DNA of 64,000 bases from an uncultured virus (IMG/VR IMGVR_UViG_3300042564_007246) (Duplodnaviria > Heunggongvirae > Uroviricota > Caudoviricetes), in the IMG/VR virus record IMGVR_UViG_3300042564_007246. The stretch is one strand, 5' to 3'. A model generated the notes under the pieces. That model made no database searches. It was not told where the DNA came from and saw only the letters and a list, made by a program, of their open reading frames with translations. Made by a program: the position numbers and the translations under genes. The first letter of the stretch is position 1; each line of letters begins with the position of its first letter. Shown here piece by piece: positions 10,278 to 18,880 of the stretch.

Positions 10278-11336
10278 TTACGCAGAATTTTTTTTCGCGT
10301 ACCAGTCGATTACTTTGAGAATTCCGGTAATTGCTACGATATCCTCAGAAACAGTTTGCCTTATATTACAAGATATGTTATACAACTGTTCCGTTAACTC
10401 AACTAAATAAGTACTAGGAACAGATTTGCTTATATTTTCAATCTCAACATCCTTGTCTACCTTCTTCATTCTTACCAATCTATACTTAAATGCTTCCATT
10501 AAGATATGGGATGAATCTAATATCAAAGAACCCAAGCTTCTCCCCTCTTGATGTGCAGTAGAAATAATTCTAAATGATTCGCTTCGATCACAATTAAGAA
10601 TTGAATAAACTAAATCAAATGATAGTTGTTTTGGAGACATGACAAGAAGTTCTCTAATATTTTCTTCAGATATTTCTTGCAAAGATGCCTGATCTAAAAT
10701 AGAAAGAGCTGTTCTAGCACTTCCATCTGCTTGAACGGCAATCAAATTTAGTGCCTCAATATCATATTTGAAACTTTCATTTGTGCAAACACCAATCATA
10801 ATGTCTCTTAGATTTACATTTGAAAGCTTTCTCATTGGAAATATTTGAGACCTAGTAACGATTGCTCTTAGTATTTTGCTTGGTTCAGTTGTGCAAAAGA
10901 AAAATTTCACAAAAGGTGGAGGTTCTTCTGTAATCTTAATTAATGAAGTTTGAGCTTGAGTGGTAAGCATGTGACATTCATCTAAAATGAAAATCTTATA
11001 CTTGTACATCGGAGACAACCGCGCAAGTTGAATAATATTTTCCCGTATATGATCAACACCATTATTTACAGCACAATTAATTTCATATACATCAGGATGA
11101 GAATCATTTGCTACAGATTTACAAGAATCACATTCACAACTCTCATTGCCTGAAGTGCAATTCATCTTCTTTGCTGCGACACGAGCTAGAGTTGTCTTTC
11201 CTGTACCTGGAGGACCTGAAAGAATATAAGAATGAGTAGTTTTACCCAATGCAATTTGTTGCTCTAGTATTTCAGAAGATTTACTTCCCAAAATCTCATT
11301 AAAGTTTTGCGGTCGATATTTATTATATAAACTCAT
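10278..11336 (-). CDS. dnaX: DNA polymerase III gamma/tau subunit
   Basis: LYNKYRPQNF, Walker A GPPGTGKT, Cys cluster, ILDECHML, EEPP and DGSARTAL. Confidence 0.93.
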   Translation of the reverse strand: MSLYNKYRPQNFNEILGSKSSEILEQQIALGKTTHSYILSGPPGTGKTTLARVAAKKMNCTSGNESCECDSCKSVANDSHPDVYEINCAVNNGVDHIRENIIQLARLSPMYKYKIFILDECHMLTTQAQTSLIKITEEPPPFVKFFFCTTEPSKILRAIVTRSQIFPMRKLSNVNLRDIMIGVCTNESFKYDIEALNLIAVQADGSARTALSILDQASLQEISEENIRELLVMSPKQLSFDLVYSILNCDRSESFRIISTAHQEGRSLGSLILDSSHILMEAFKYRLVRMKKVDKDVEIENISKSVPSTYLVELTEQLYNISCNIRQTVSEDIVAITGILKVIDWYAKKNSA

Positions 11337-11818
11337 TAGTCATCTTCCATAGGAATAATTAATGGTAATGGATCTGGAGATTTAAGTAAATCAGGCAAAC
11401 CTTCTTTTATTTCCCAATAAGGTCCCATGCCCATATGAACAAAATATTCCACTATGAATCCATAATCCATTACATCAAAGTTTCTTATTTTACCATCACC
11501 TTGAGGACTAACAGAGTAAATTGCTTTGAAAATAATCCATTGTTTTTTAGTATCTTCCAGCAGGGACCATTTTTCTTGCCATACAGCAAAGCAGTAATCT
11601 TTGCCTCGTGTTTCTGGATTAGTATTTAATACTTGCCTTACCCAACCTTGGGTTACTCCACTCATGACATATGGCTTGGCATTTTTAGGTTCATAACCTA
11701 TCATTTCAGCAAAATAAATTTTAGAGAGATCCACATATCCAATAAATGGGTGATATCTCTCTTGTAATCTTTCTGCTAAACTTTTATTTTCTAAAGATTC
11801 GGTATATTCAGTTTCCAC
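11336..11818 (-). CDS. Putative phage metallopeptidase-like protein lacking HExxH
   Basis: Family-like layout (W..L...K..II; K+R..DV.DY), but FKAIYSV occupies the usual HExxH position. Confidence 0.4.
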   Translation of the reverse strand: METEYTESLENKSLAERLQERYHPFIGYVDLSKIYFAEMIGYEPKNAKPYVMSGVTQGWVRQVLNTNPETRGKDYCFAVWQEKWSLLEDTKKQWIIFKAIYSVSPQGDGKIRNFDVMDYGFIVEYFVHMGMGPYWEIKEGLPDLLKSPDPLPLIIPMEDD

Positions 11819-11840
11819 GTTTTATATTACCATAAAAAAT

Positions 11841-11864
11841 AAACCCATCGATTTCGATGGGTTT
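11841..11864. terminator. Intrinsic terminator hairpin
   Basis: aaacccatcg-attt-cgatgggttt downstream of the minus-strand ORF 11872. Confidence 0.7.
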
Positions 11865-11871
11865 AAAACTT

Positions 11872-12225
11872 TTAGAAGCTTAGTTGAGTGACTGCAACAA
11901 CTTGACCATCTTCATCTCTTACAGCAGATGGACCAGTGTCTACACATAATACATCTTCTCTATCAAAAGGAATAAAATCCATTGATATTCTGTTTACAAT
12001 GTAATATACACCATTTTCTGGTTCAGGAAGATTCTCAATAGATTCAAATTGGGTTTCTACAATTGGAATATCAGCTACCTTACCAATAACTCTTTGTTTT
12101 GTTATCACTCGACACGGATTTTCTGCTCTTGTCAAAGTTCCATAACCTGAGATTGTAATGTCATGACCAATAAGATTGACAAACTTTTTAAATTCTGAAT
12201 ACATTTTATTTACCTCAGAGTACAT
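11872..12225 (-). CDS. Conserved hypothetical phage protein
   Basis: NL..H.I, LPEP..G.YYIV and VRD..G motifs. True start may be the ATG at 12204 behind GAGGT. Confidence 0.55.
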   Translation of the reverse strand: MYSEVNKMYSEFKKFVNLIGHDITISGYGTLTRAENPCRVITKQRVIGKVADIPIVETQFESIENLPEPENGVYYIVNRISMDFIPFDREDVLCVDTGPSAVRDEDGQVVAVTQLSF

Positions 12226-12743
12226 TACTTTCCGGTACTTCCCAATCCACCCGTTCGAGACTTGTTTGCTGTTTGACTAAATTCTTCTACTACAACTAAA
12301 TCATGTTCTGCAAGCTTGGCTACAACCATTTGTGCAATACGATCACCATGATTGATAGCAAAAGGCATGCGATTGTGATTAAAAAGAATAACTTTCAATT
12401 CAAAATCTTCACCATCTCCTGAATAATCACAGTCAATTGTTCCTGGAGTATTTAGAACTGTGATGCCATGCTTTGCAGCCAATCCAGAACGAGGTCTAAT
12501 TTGAATTTCGTATCCTTCAGGAATGTTAACATTTAACCCTGTAGGAACAATCAATGAGTTTCCAGGGTGAATCATCATCCCATTGGTGTAATTTGGAATA
12601 CATGCACATAAGTCATATCCAGCAGCGCCTTCAGTTGCTTTCTTTGGAATTATAGCTTCTTCACGAAAAGCCTTAATCTCAACTGTTGCACGTTTAATAT
12701 TAGCATTTGTTACTAAAACTTGTCCACTTCCTGATGTAGCCAT
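12225..12743 (-). CDS. dut: Trimeric dUTPase
   Basis: AGYDL, RPRSGLA, GTIDCDY, GDRIAQ and RTGGLGSTG motifs. Confidence 0.97.
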   Translation of the reverse strand: MATSGSGQVLVTNANIKRATVEIKAFREEAIIPKKATEGAAGYDLCACIPNYTNGMMIHPGNSLIVPTGLNVNIPEGYEIQIRPRSGLAAKHGITVLNTPGTIDCDYSGDGEDFELKVILFNHNRMPFAINHGDRIAQMVVAKLAEHDLVVVEEFSQTANKSRTGGLGSTGK

Positions 12744-13061
12744 TTAAATACCTTCCACATTCTTAATCATATCTGCAGTTATTTCTCTATCATCTGGATT
12801 GAATATCAAAGATAATGGAGCTTCTCTAGATTTTAGAGCTATTGTGAAATTAATCAATTCTCTTCCAGCTAAATGTCGATCCATCCCTGTAAGTTCTTTG
12901 ACATCATCCAAAGATAATGTACTCGTTAATGTAACATCTGATTTGACATCTTGCAATTGTAACCAAATGTATTGAACAACTTTTGGTTCATCTTCAGTGC
13001 CTTCTTCTTCTTTTAAGACTGCATCTAAAATCTTTACTTCTCTAACTACTGGTTTTCCCAT
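12744..13061 (-). CDS. Hypothetical protein
   Basis: 105-aa ORF with a leaderless promoter directly upstream. Confidence 0.6.
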   Translation of the reverse strand: MGKPVVREVKILDAVLKEEEGTEDEPKVVQYIWLQLQDVKSDVTLTSTLSLDDVKELTGMDRHLAGRELINFTIALKSREAPLSLIFNPDDREITADMIKNVEGI

Positions 13062-13067
13062 AAAACG

Positions 13068-13096
13068 ATTTTACCACAAAATAAATCTAATGTCAT
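13068..13096 (-). promoter_or_regulatory. Extended -10 sigma70-type promoter, leaderless
   Basis: ATGACA-17 nt-TAAAAT with TGTGG immediately before the -10 box; 6 nt to ATG. Confidence 0.7.
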
Positions 13097-13097
13097 A

Positions 13098-13126
13098 AAA
13101 AAAGAGGGGATCTCTCCCCTCTTTTT
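13098..13126. terminator. Intrinsic terminator after nrdA
   Basis: aaaaaagagggga-tctc-tcccctctttttt. Confidence 0.85.
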
Positions 13127-13129
13127 TAT

Positions 13130-15562
13130 TTATGACCCGCAGGCTTCACAATCTGGATTATCTAACCTACATTGAGGAGCATCTACCTCTTCTTCCATAG
13201 GCTTGATTTCTATTTCAATCTTCTTTTCAGTTTGTTGAATGGAAGAAACATCAATTCCCAATCCCTTTAGAGCTTGAGCCTTTGGTTTAGTTCTAAGATA
13301 ATACATACCTGTCTTCAAACCAATTTTCCATCCATAAAAATGAGCAGATGAAAGCTTGGATACAGTGGGTTCAGCCATAAACATATTCAATGACTGAGAC
13401 TGATCAATAAAATAATTACGATCCCTAGCCATTTCAAGAATTGACTTGCCTTTAATCTCCCAAACAGTCTTATATACTTCTTTGATATCTGCTGGAATTT
13501 CATCAATATTTTGAACAGAGCCATTGTCGATAATAAGCTTCATTCTGATATTGTCACTCCATATCCCAAGATTGACAAGATCTTCAACCAAATGCTTATT
13601 GATAATTGCATATTCACCGGAAAGTGTATTTCTCTTGTAAATGTTTGCAGTGAATGGTTCAAAACATTCATTGTTCCCAAGAATTTGAGCAGTAGAAGCA
13701 GTAGGCATAGGAGCAACTAACAAAGAGTTTCTCAAACCGTGTGTCTTAATTTCTTCTTTAAGTGCTGAAAAATTCCACATACCTGAAAGATCATTCTCAG
13801 TTAATCCCCAAAGATCATATTGCAATAACCCTTGAGACGCTGGGGATCCTTCGAATGAAGAATAAGACCCGTATTTCTTTGCTAAATCATTTGAAGCTGT
13901 CAATGCTGCAAAATAAATAGTCTCAAAAATATCTTTGTTTAATTTACGGGATTCATCTGAATCAAAAGCAATACCCATAATAGCAAAAGTGTCTGCTAAA
14001 CCTTGAACACCTAATCCGATAGGACGATGTTTGAAGTTAGAATTTGATGTCTCTTCTGTTGGATAATAGTTGATATCAATTACTTGATTGAGATTGACAG
14101 TAGCCTGATAAGTAACATCAAACAAAGCTCTAAAGTCAAACTTGCGAAGCTTTTTATCCTTCTCTCTTACTTTACCTGATGGAATTAAGACATATTTAGG
14201 CAAAGCAATAGAGGCAAGATTACATACAGCAGTTTCATTCTTGTCAGTGTATTCAATAATTTCAGTACAGAGATTTGAAGACTTGATTGTTCCAAGATTC
14301 TTTTGATTGCTCTTATAATTACATGCATCTTTGTAAAGCATATAAGGAGTGCCAGTTTCAATCTGTGAATCAAGAATCTTTTCCCACAATTCACGAGCCT
14401 TGACAGTCTTTAAACCCTTACCTTCAGCTTCATATTGTTCATACAAAACTGTGAAAGCTTTATTATCTGGTGAATCGTAAGCATCGATCAAACCTGGCAC
14501 TTGTTCTGGTGAAAATAATGTCCAGTTGCCATTCTGCTCAACTCTTTGCATAAATAAGTCAGGTATCCACAAAGCTAAGAACAGATCTCTTGCTCTCATT
14601 TCTTCCTTACCTTGATTCTTGCGAAGATCTAAGAAGTCATAAACATCTCCATGCCAAGGCTCAAGATAAACAGCAATGGATCCTTTACGCTTGCCACCAC
14701 CCTGATCAACATATCTTGCTGTCTCATTAAAGACACGAAGCATAGGGATAATTCCATTAGAATGTCCGTTGGTGCCCTTGATATAACTACCTTTAGCGCG
14801 GATCTTATGAATGTTGATGCCAATACCGCCTGCTGACTGAGAAATTTTGGCACAGTCAGATAATGTCTTATAAATACCTGGAATAGAATCATCATCGACA
14901 TCTAGTAAAAAACAAGATGACAATTGAGGTCGATTTGTACCAGCATTGAAAAGAGTTGGAGTGGCATGGGTAAAAAGACCTTGTGAAAGCATATCGTAAG
15001 TCTTTTGAACCATTTCTAAATTGTCACGCCAGATTCCAACTGCAACTCTCATGTATAGATGCTGAGGAGTTTCCGCTGCTTTACCATCAACTTTAAGCAA
15101 ATAAGATTTTTTCAATGTCATGAATCCAAAGAAATCAAAATTGAAATCACGATCATGCACAATCATTGCATCAAGTTCATTTGCATGGTTTTGAATTACT
15201 GAATATACTTCATCAGATATCATTCCAGACTTTTCGCCAGTTTTAGGATTGATATATTCATAGAGCTTTGTGGCAACTCTGGAGAAATCTTTTTCTACAT
15301 CCTTGTACAGAGCAGTAATAGCAATACGAGCAGCCAACTTACCATAATCAGGATGGGTAGTAATCATAGAAGCAGCAGTCTCAGCACTTAATTGATCAAG
15401 CTCTGTGCTGCTTACACCATCATAAAGACCAGATACAACCTTAGTGCTGACAAGATCTGGATCAACCATATCGTGCAAACTATAAGTTAGCTTCTTAATC
15501 CTGGAGCCAATTTTTTCAAGCTTAAGTGGCTCTTTTGTTCCATTGCGCTTTAAAATATCCAT
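13130..15562 (-). CDS. nrdA: Ribonucleotide reductase class Ia alpha subunit with ATP cone
   Basis: N-terminal ATP cone (ILKRNG), ATPTLFNAG, LSSCFL, SNLCTEI, APMPTAST and C-terminal CEACGS. Confidence 0.98.
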   Translation of the reverse strand: MDILKRNGTKEPLKLEKIGSRIKKLTYSLHDMVDPDLVSTKVVSGLYDGVSSTELDQLSAETAASMITTHPDYGKLAARIAITALYKDVEKDFSRVATKLYEYINPKTGEKSGMISDEVYSVIQNHANELDAMIVHDRDFNFDFFGFMTLKKSYLLKVDGKAAETPQHLYMRVAVGIWRDNLEMVQKTYDMLSQGLFTHATPTLFNAGTNRPQLSSCFLLDVDDDSIPGIYKTLSDCAKISQSAGGIGINIHKIRAKGSYIKGTNGHSNGIIPMLRVFNETARYVDQGGGKRKGSIAVYLEPWHGDVYDFLDLRKNQGKEEMRARDLFLALWIPDLFMQRVEQNGNWTLFSPEQVPGLIDAYDSPDNKAFTVLYEQYEAEGKGLKTVKARELWEKILDSQIETGTPYMLYKDACNYKSNQKNLGTIKSSNLCTEIIEYTDKNETAVCNLASIALPKYVLIPSGKVREKDKKLRKFDFRALFDVTYQATVNLNQVIDINYYPTEETSNSNFKHRPIGLGVQGLADTFAIMGIAFDSDESRKLNKDIFETIYFAALTASNDLAKKYGSYSSFEGSPASQGLLQYDLWGLTENDLSGMWNFSALKEEIKTHGLRNSLLVAPMPTASTAQILGNNECFEPFTANIYKRNTLSGEYAIINKHLVEDLVNLGIWSDNIRMKLIIDNGSVQNIDEIPADIKEVYKTVWEIKGKSILEMARDRNYFIDQSQSLNMFMAEPTVSKLSSAHFYGWKIGLKTGMYYLRTKPKAQALKGLGIDVSSIQQTEKKIEIEIKPMEEEVDAPQCRLDNPDCEACGS

Positions 15563-15564
15563 AC

Positions 15565-16521
15565 TTAGAAATCCTCGTCAAATGAGATTTGTTCTTTAAC
15601 TTCACCAACACCACTTTTGACATAGTCAGCCACTCTCTTCTCAAAGAAATTGGTTTTATTAGCCATAGCAATATTTTGCATAAAGTCAAACGGGTTCTCA
15701 GCATTGTATATCTTGCCAACACCAAGATCCATCAGTAGTCTATCAGAAACATATTCAAGATATTGCTTCATAAGATTTGAATTCATGCCAATCAAGCTCA
15801 CTGGCAATGCTTCTGTGATAAATTCTTTTTCAATAACAAGAGCTGAATCGATAATCTCAATTAATCGCTCTTTTGATAATTTATTTTCAACATGATTATT
15901 GTATAGATGAACAGCAAAATCTGTATGCAAACCTTCATCACGGGAAATTAATTCATTGGAAAAAGATAAACCTGGCATTAACCCACGCTTCTTTAGCCAG
16001 AAAATTGAACAGAAAGATCCAGAGAAGAAAATTCCCTCAACAGCAGCAAAGGCAACAAGGCGCTCGACAAAAGATTCAGAACCAATCCACTTAAGTGCCC
16101 ATTCTGCCTTCTTCTGAACAGCTGGAACGGTATCAATTGCATTGAATAAATAATTCTGTTCTTCTTTATCTTTGATATATGTATCAATCAAAAGAGAATA
16201 GGTTTCTGAGTGGATGTTTTCCATCATAATCTGGAAACCATAGAAAAATTTAGCCTCTGTGTACTGCACTTCAGAAACGAAATTTTCAGCTAAGTTTTCA
16301 TTTACAATGCCATCAGATGCAGCAAAGAATGCTAAGACATGCTTGACAAAATGTTTCTCACCTTCATTCAATTTATCCCAATCTGTCAAGTCTTGGGATA
16401 AATCAATCTCCTCAGCTGTCCAGAAAACTTGTTGAGCTTTCTTGTAATAATCCCAAATATCATGATGCTGTAACGGAAACAAAACAAACCTATTTTTATT
16501 CTCTTCTAGTATCTTTTCCAT
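15565..16521 (-). CDS. nrdB: Ribonucleotide reductase class Ia beta subunit
   Basis: [28 protein letters not shown] and NFFEKRV. Start placed at ATG 16521. Confidence 0.98.
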   Translation of the reverse strand: MEKILEENKNRFVLFPLQHHDIWDYYKKAQQVFWTAEEIDLSQDLTDWDKLNEGEKHFVKHVLAFFAASDGIVNENLAENFVSEVQYTEAKFFYGFQIMMENIHSETYSLLIDTYIKDKEEQNYLFNAIDTVPAVQKKAEWALKWIGSESFVERLVAFAAVEGIFFSGSFCSIFWLKKRGLMPGLSFSNELISRDEGLHTDFAVHLYNNHVENKLSKERLIEIIDSALVIEKEFITEALPVSLIGMNSNLMKQYLEYVSDRLLMDLGVGKIYNAENPFDFMQNIAMANKTNFFEKRVADYVKSGVGEVKEQISFDEDF

Positions 16522-16612
16522 AATTTTTGACAATAAAAAATATCTGAAGCAATTTATCAGATATTCTTATATACCTTCCTGTTATTTATCGTGCGGGTTA
16601 TTTTTCTAATAG

Positions 16613-17044
16613 TCAAACATCTTCCAATGCTTCTGGTCTTAATTTGCGTAATATTTCTACCACTTCAAAAAGATTCTTTTGAGCAATGTTTCGTTTCAAT
16701 AGATAGTTTACCATATCATCGACAACTTCGCTAAAATCTTTTTCAGTGACATTGCTTATATATTTTGCACATTTTATAAATGCTGCATCAAATATATATT
16801 GAGATTGCAAATTATTAGTTTCAAAAAACGTATTTTTCACTTTATTAAATGAAATATTAAATTCACCTTTGTACGCCATGGCAACACTTCTCAATGTAGT
16901 CCACGGAGTGTAAGATCTGTACTTTATATTCTGATCACCAGAAGACAATTCCTGAGTAAATGTTAAATCACTTGGTAGTTTTTCACCAATCAAAAGCTTC
17001 CTGACTAAATCTTTTTTGAGTTTTTCTGAGTCGTTTGAATTCAT
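16613..17044 (-). CDS. Hypothetical protein
   Basis: ORF; first ATG at 17044. Confidence 0.5.
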   Translation of the reverse strand: MNSNDSEKLKKDLVRKLLIGEKLPSDLTFTQELSSGDQNIKYRSYTPWTTLRSVAMAYKGEFNISFNKVKNTFFETNNLQSQYIFDAAFIKCAKYISNVTEKDFSEVVDDMVNYLLKRNIAQKNLFEVVEILRKLRPEALEDV

Positions 17045-17477
17045 AGTAATTATCACCACTGCAGCGTAAAATTAGATTCTCATTTAGCAAATCTGTATCA
17101 GTCCACCAAACATGTTCTATCTTAGCCATTTGCAAGGCTTTTTCACAATTGGGGCAAGGTTTAGCCAATCTAAATTTGCCATGTCTATTAATTCTGATAC
17201 TTAATATAATAAGATCATCCTCTATACTTGATAAATCTAATTTGGATATAACATCACATTCTGCATGAATATATGGATAGTTTTTCCATTTTTCAATGTT
17301 CCACATTCGTCCTATTCTCAAGGCACTTTTAGAACCAGATGTTTCGTTATTCTTGCCCCACACTAATACTTTATTTTTTCTTATGGCAAAAGCATAATGA
17401 AAACAAGGTTTTGATTGATCAGATTTCCAATCATCAAATGCTATTTTCAATGCACGTCTTAATGCCAAACTATTCAT
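16983..17477 (-). CDS. Cytidine/dCMP deaminase-fold protein
   Basis: HAE and PCPNC zinc-binding motifs. Confidence 0.75.
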   Translation of the reverse strand: MNSLALRRALKIAFDDWKSDQSKPCFHYAFAIRKNKVLVWGKNNETSGSKSALRIGRMWNIEKWKNYPYIHAECDVISKLDLSSIEDDLIILSIRINRHGKFRLAKPCPNCEKALQMAKIEHVWWTDTDLLNENLILRCSGDNYYEFKRLRKTQKRFSQEAFDW

Positions 17478-17860
17478 TACAATGCAAATTTTATGTCAAT
17501 TGCGAAGATTCTGGTAGATATACCCTTTGCCTTTTTCCCCGCAATTTCTGCACTATATTCCGATTGTCTGCAAATAAGAACAGAGCCATTTGTTAACGAT
17601 TCTACTTCTCTTGACGCTAATCTAAATGCTGACATGACTGAAGAGAGAGCAGTTGGTCCCACAGACAAAACTCTTACATACTCATGTTCTTTTAAAACAT
17701 GCAAAATGCTTCTTGATAAACCTATAGGATCAGTTGGTCTTCTGGAATCATCAGGATCATTAGGATCTCCACCTCGTGCTTTGAGAATCCTAGGATCTGT
17801 AATTTTTGGTTTCTTTTCATTGTTTGCAATTTTGTTTACTGGTTCTTCAATTATATCCAT
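17477..17860 (-). CDS. spoVS: SpoVS (stage V sporulation protein S)-like protein
   Basis: ILK...P..LSRSILHVLKEH..VRVLSVGPTAL...M.A..LA...G..LIC......EI.G....I aligns by eye with SpoVS (ILKV..P..VAGALAGVLRE...EIQAIGAGAL..A..IA...G.DLIC....I.G...AI). Confidence 0.7.
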   Translation of the reverse strand: MDIIEEPVNKIANNEKKPKITDPRILKARGGDPNDPDDSRRPTDPIGLSRSILHVLKEHEYVRVLSVGPTALSSVMSAFRLASREVESLTNGSVLICRQSEYSAEIAGKKAKGISTRIFAIDIKFAL

Positions 17861-17864
17861 TTTT

Positions 17865-18824
17865 TTATCCTTCTAGCCCAACTAAAGCCATCTTATTCTT
17901 TACATTTTCAAGTGCTTCTTGAAATTCAGTTAATGTACAATTGTAAACTTTAGGATCGTACTTAATATCCTTTGTACCGCTTAATGCTGAGTTGATAATT
18001 TTAAATTCAATTTCGTTCATGCTGTAACGCATTAGATTTTGGATTTTATTTTTGTCTTCTACATGATCATAATAACAATTTTCATCGTCATCTTCTTCAG
18101 ACATGTATACACTCATTGCACGAGGTGAAATTGTTTGGTAATTTGGATAGAGTTCATTGAATTTTTGAAATAACATAGAAGAGTGTTTTGATAAAAAATG
18201 TTTCTTTAATGCTAAAAGAGTAATAATTTTTTGACAAACTTCGCAACCATTTTCTGTTTTATTATCACAATCTGGAAGACATTCAAATGTTCTTGGCATT
18301 TTGTGAGACTTGCAAAATGGACAATGAGAAATATTATCTAAATGAATATTAATATTTTCTAAATGAAGCCATAGAATTTCACTATGATGATTTAAGATGT
18401 GTGTGGAAAGTGGATTTACCCATTTTTCACAAATTGGACATTTTTGTGATGGATTTCTTTTGCCAGCATTGTCAGCTTTAACTAAATTGATATAATTATG
18501 TTGTAATGCGCCAATAAAATAATTCTTAAATTCACCAGAACCATCATAGCGAGACTTTTTTCTTGCTCCTCTTGGTTTCCAGTTTGACAAAACATTGCAG
18601 AAAATTCTAATATAGTCTTGAGCAAAATCTTCTTGAGAATCATATAAATAATGATATTGATTCCACCACTCTTGCATATGTAGCATAGGTGGATAAAGTT
18701 TACAAATATCTTTATAGTGTTTGTCTATTAGAATCTTATTTCCAGAAACTAATGATTTTTGATAACGTAAAATTGCTTGCTCTAAATTTTCTTGAACTTT
18801 TAGGTGCTTTATATCATTTAACAC
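17865..18824 (-). CDS. Sigma-70-like factor with inserted zinc fingers
   Basis: Region-2-like SQEDFAQD...FKNYFIGALQHNYINLVK; central CPIC-x9-H-x3-HH and further Cys/His clusters; region-4-like C-terminus (MNEIEFKII...ALENVKNKM). Confidence 0.55.
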   Translation of the reverse strand: MLNDIKHLKVQENLEQAILRYQKSLVSGNKILIDKHYKDICKLYPPMLHMQEWWNQYHYLYDSQEDFAQDYIRIFCNVLSNWKPRGARKKSRYDGSGEFKNYFIGALQHNYINLVKADNAGKRNPSQKCPICEKWVNPLSTHILNHHSEILWLHLENINIHLDNISHCPFCKSHKMPRTFECLPDCDNKTENGCEVCQKIITLLALKKHFLSKHSSMLFQKFNELYPNYQTISPRAMSVYMSEEDDDENCYYDHVEDKNKIQNLMRYSMNEIEFKIINSALSGTKDIKYDPKVYNCTLTEFQEALENVKNKMALVGLEG

Positions 18825-18829
18825 AAAAG

Positions 18830-18880
18830 AACCCTCCCCGATAATAAAAATATTATAGTGCTGGAGGGTTGATTTGTAAA
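18830..18880 (-). promoter_or_regulatory. Promoter embedded in an SD-sequestering hairpin
   Basis: TTTACA-17 nt-TATAAT. Inverted repeat AACCCTCC...GGAGGGTT with an inner ATAATA/TATTAT stem; the 3' arm is the SD of the next gene. Confidence 0.6.

Noticed and set aside
16539..16565. NrdR box or riboswitch upstream of nrdB
   Set aside because: Only a simple AATATCTGA/TCAGATATT inverted repeat is present, with no NrdR consensus or room for an aptamer.
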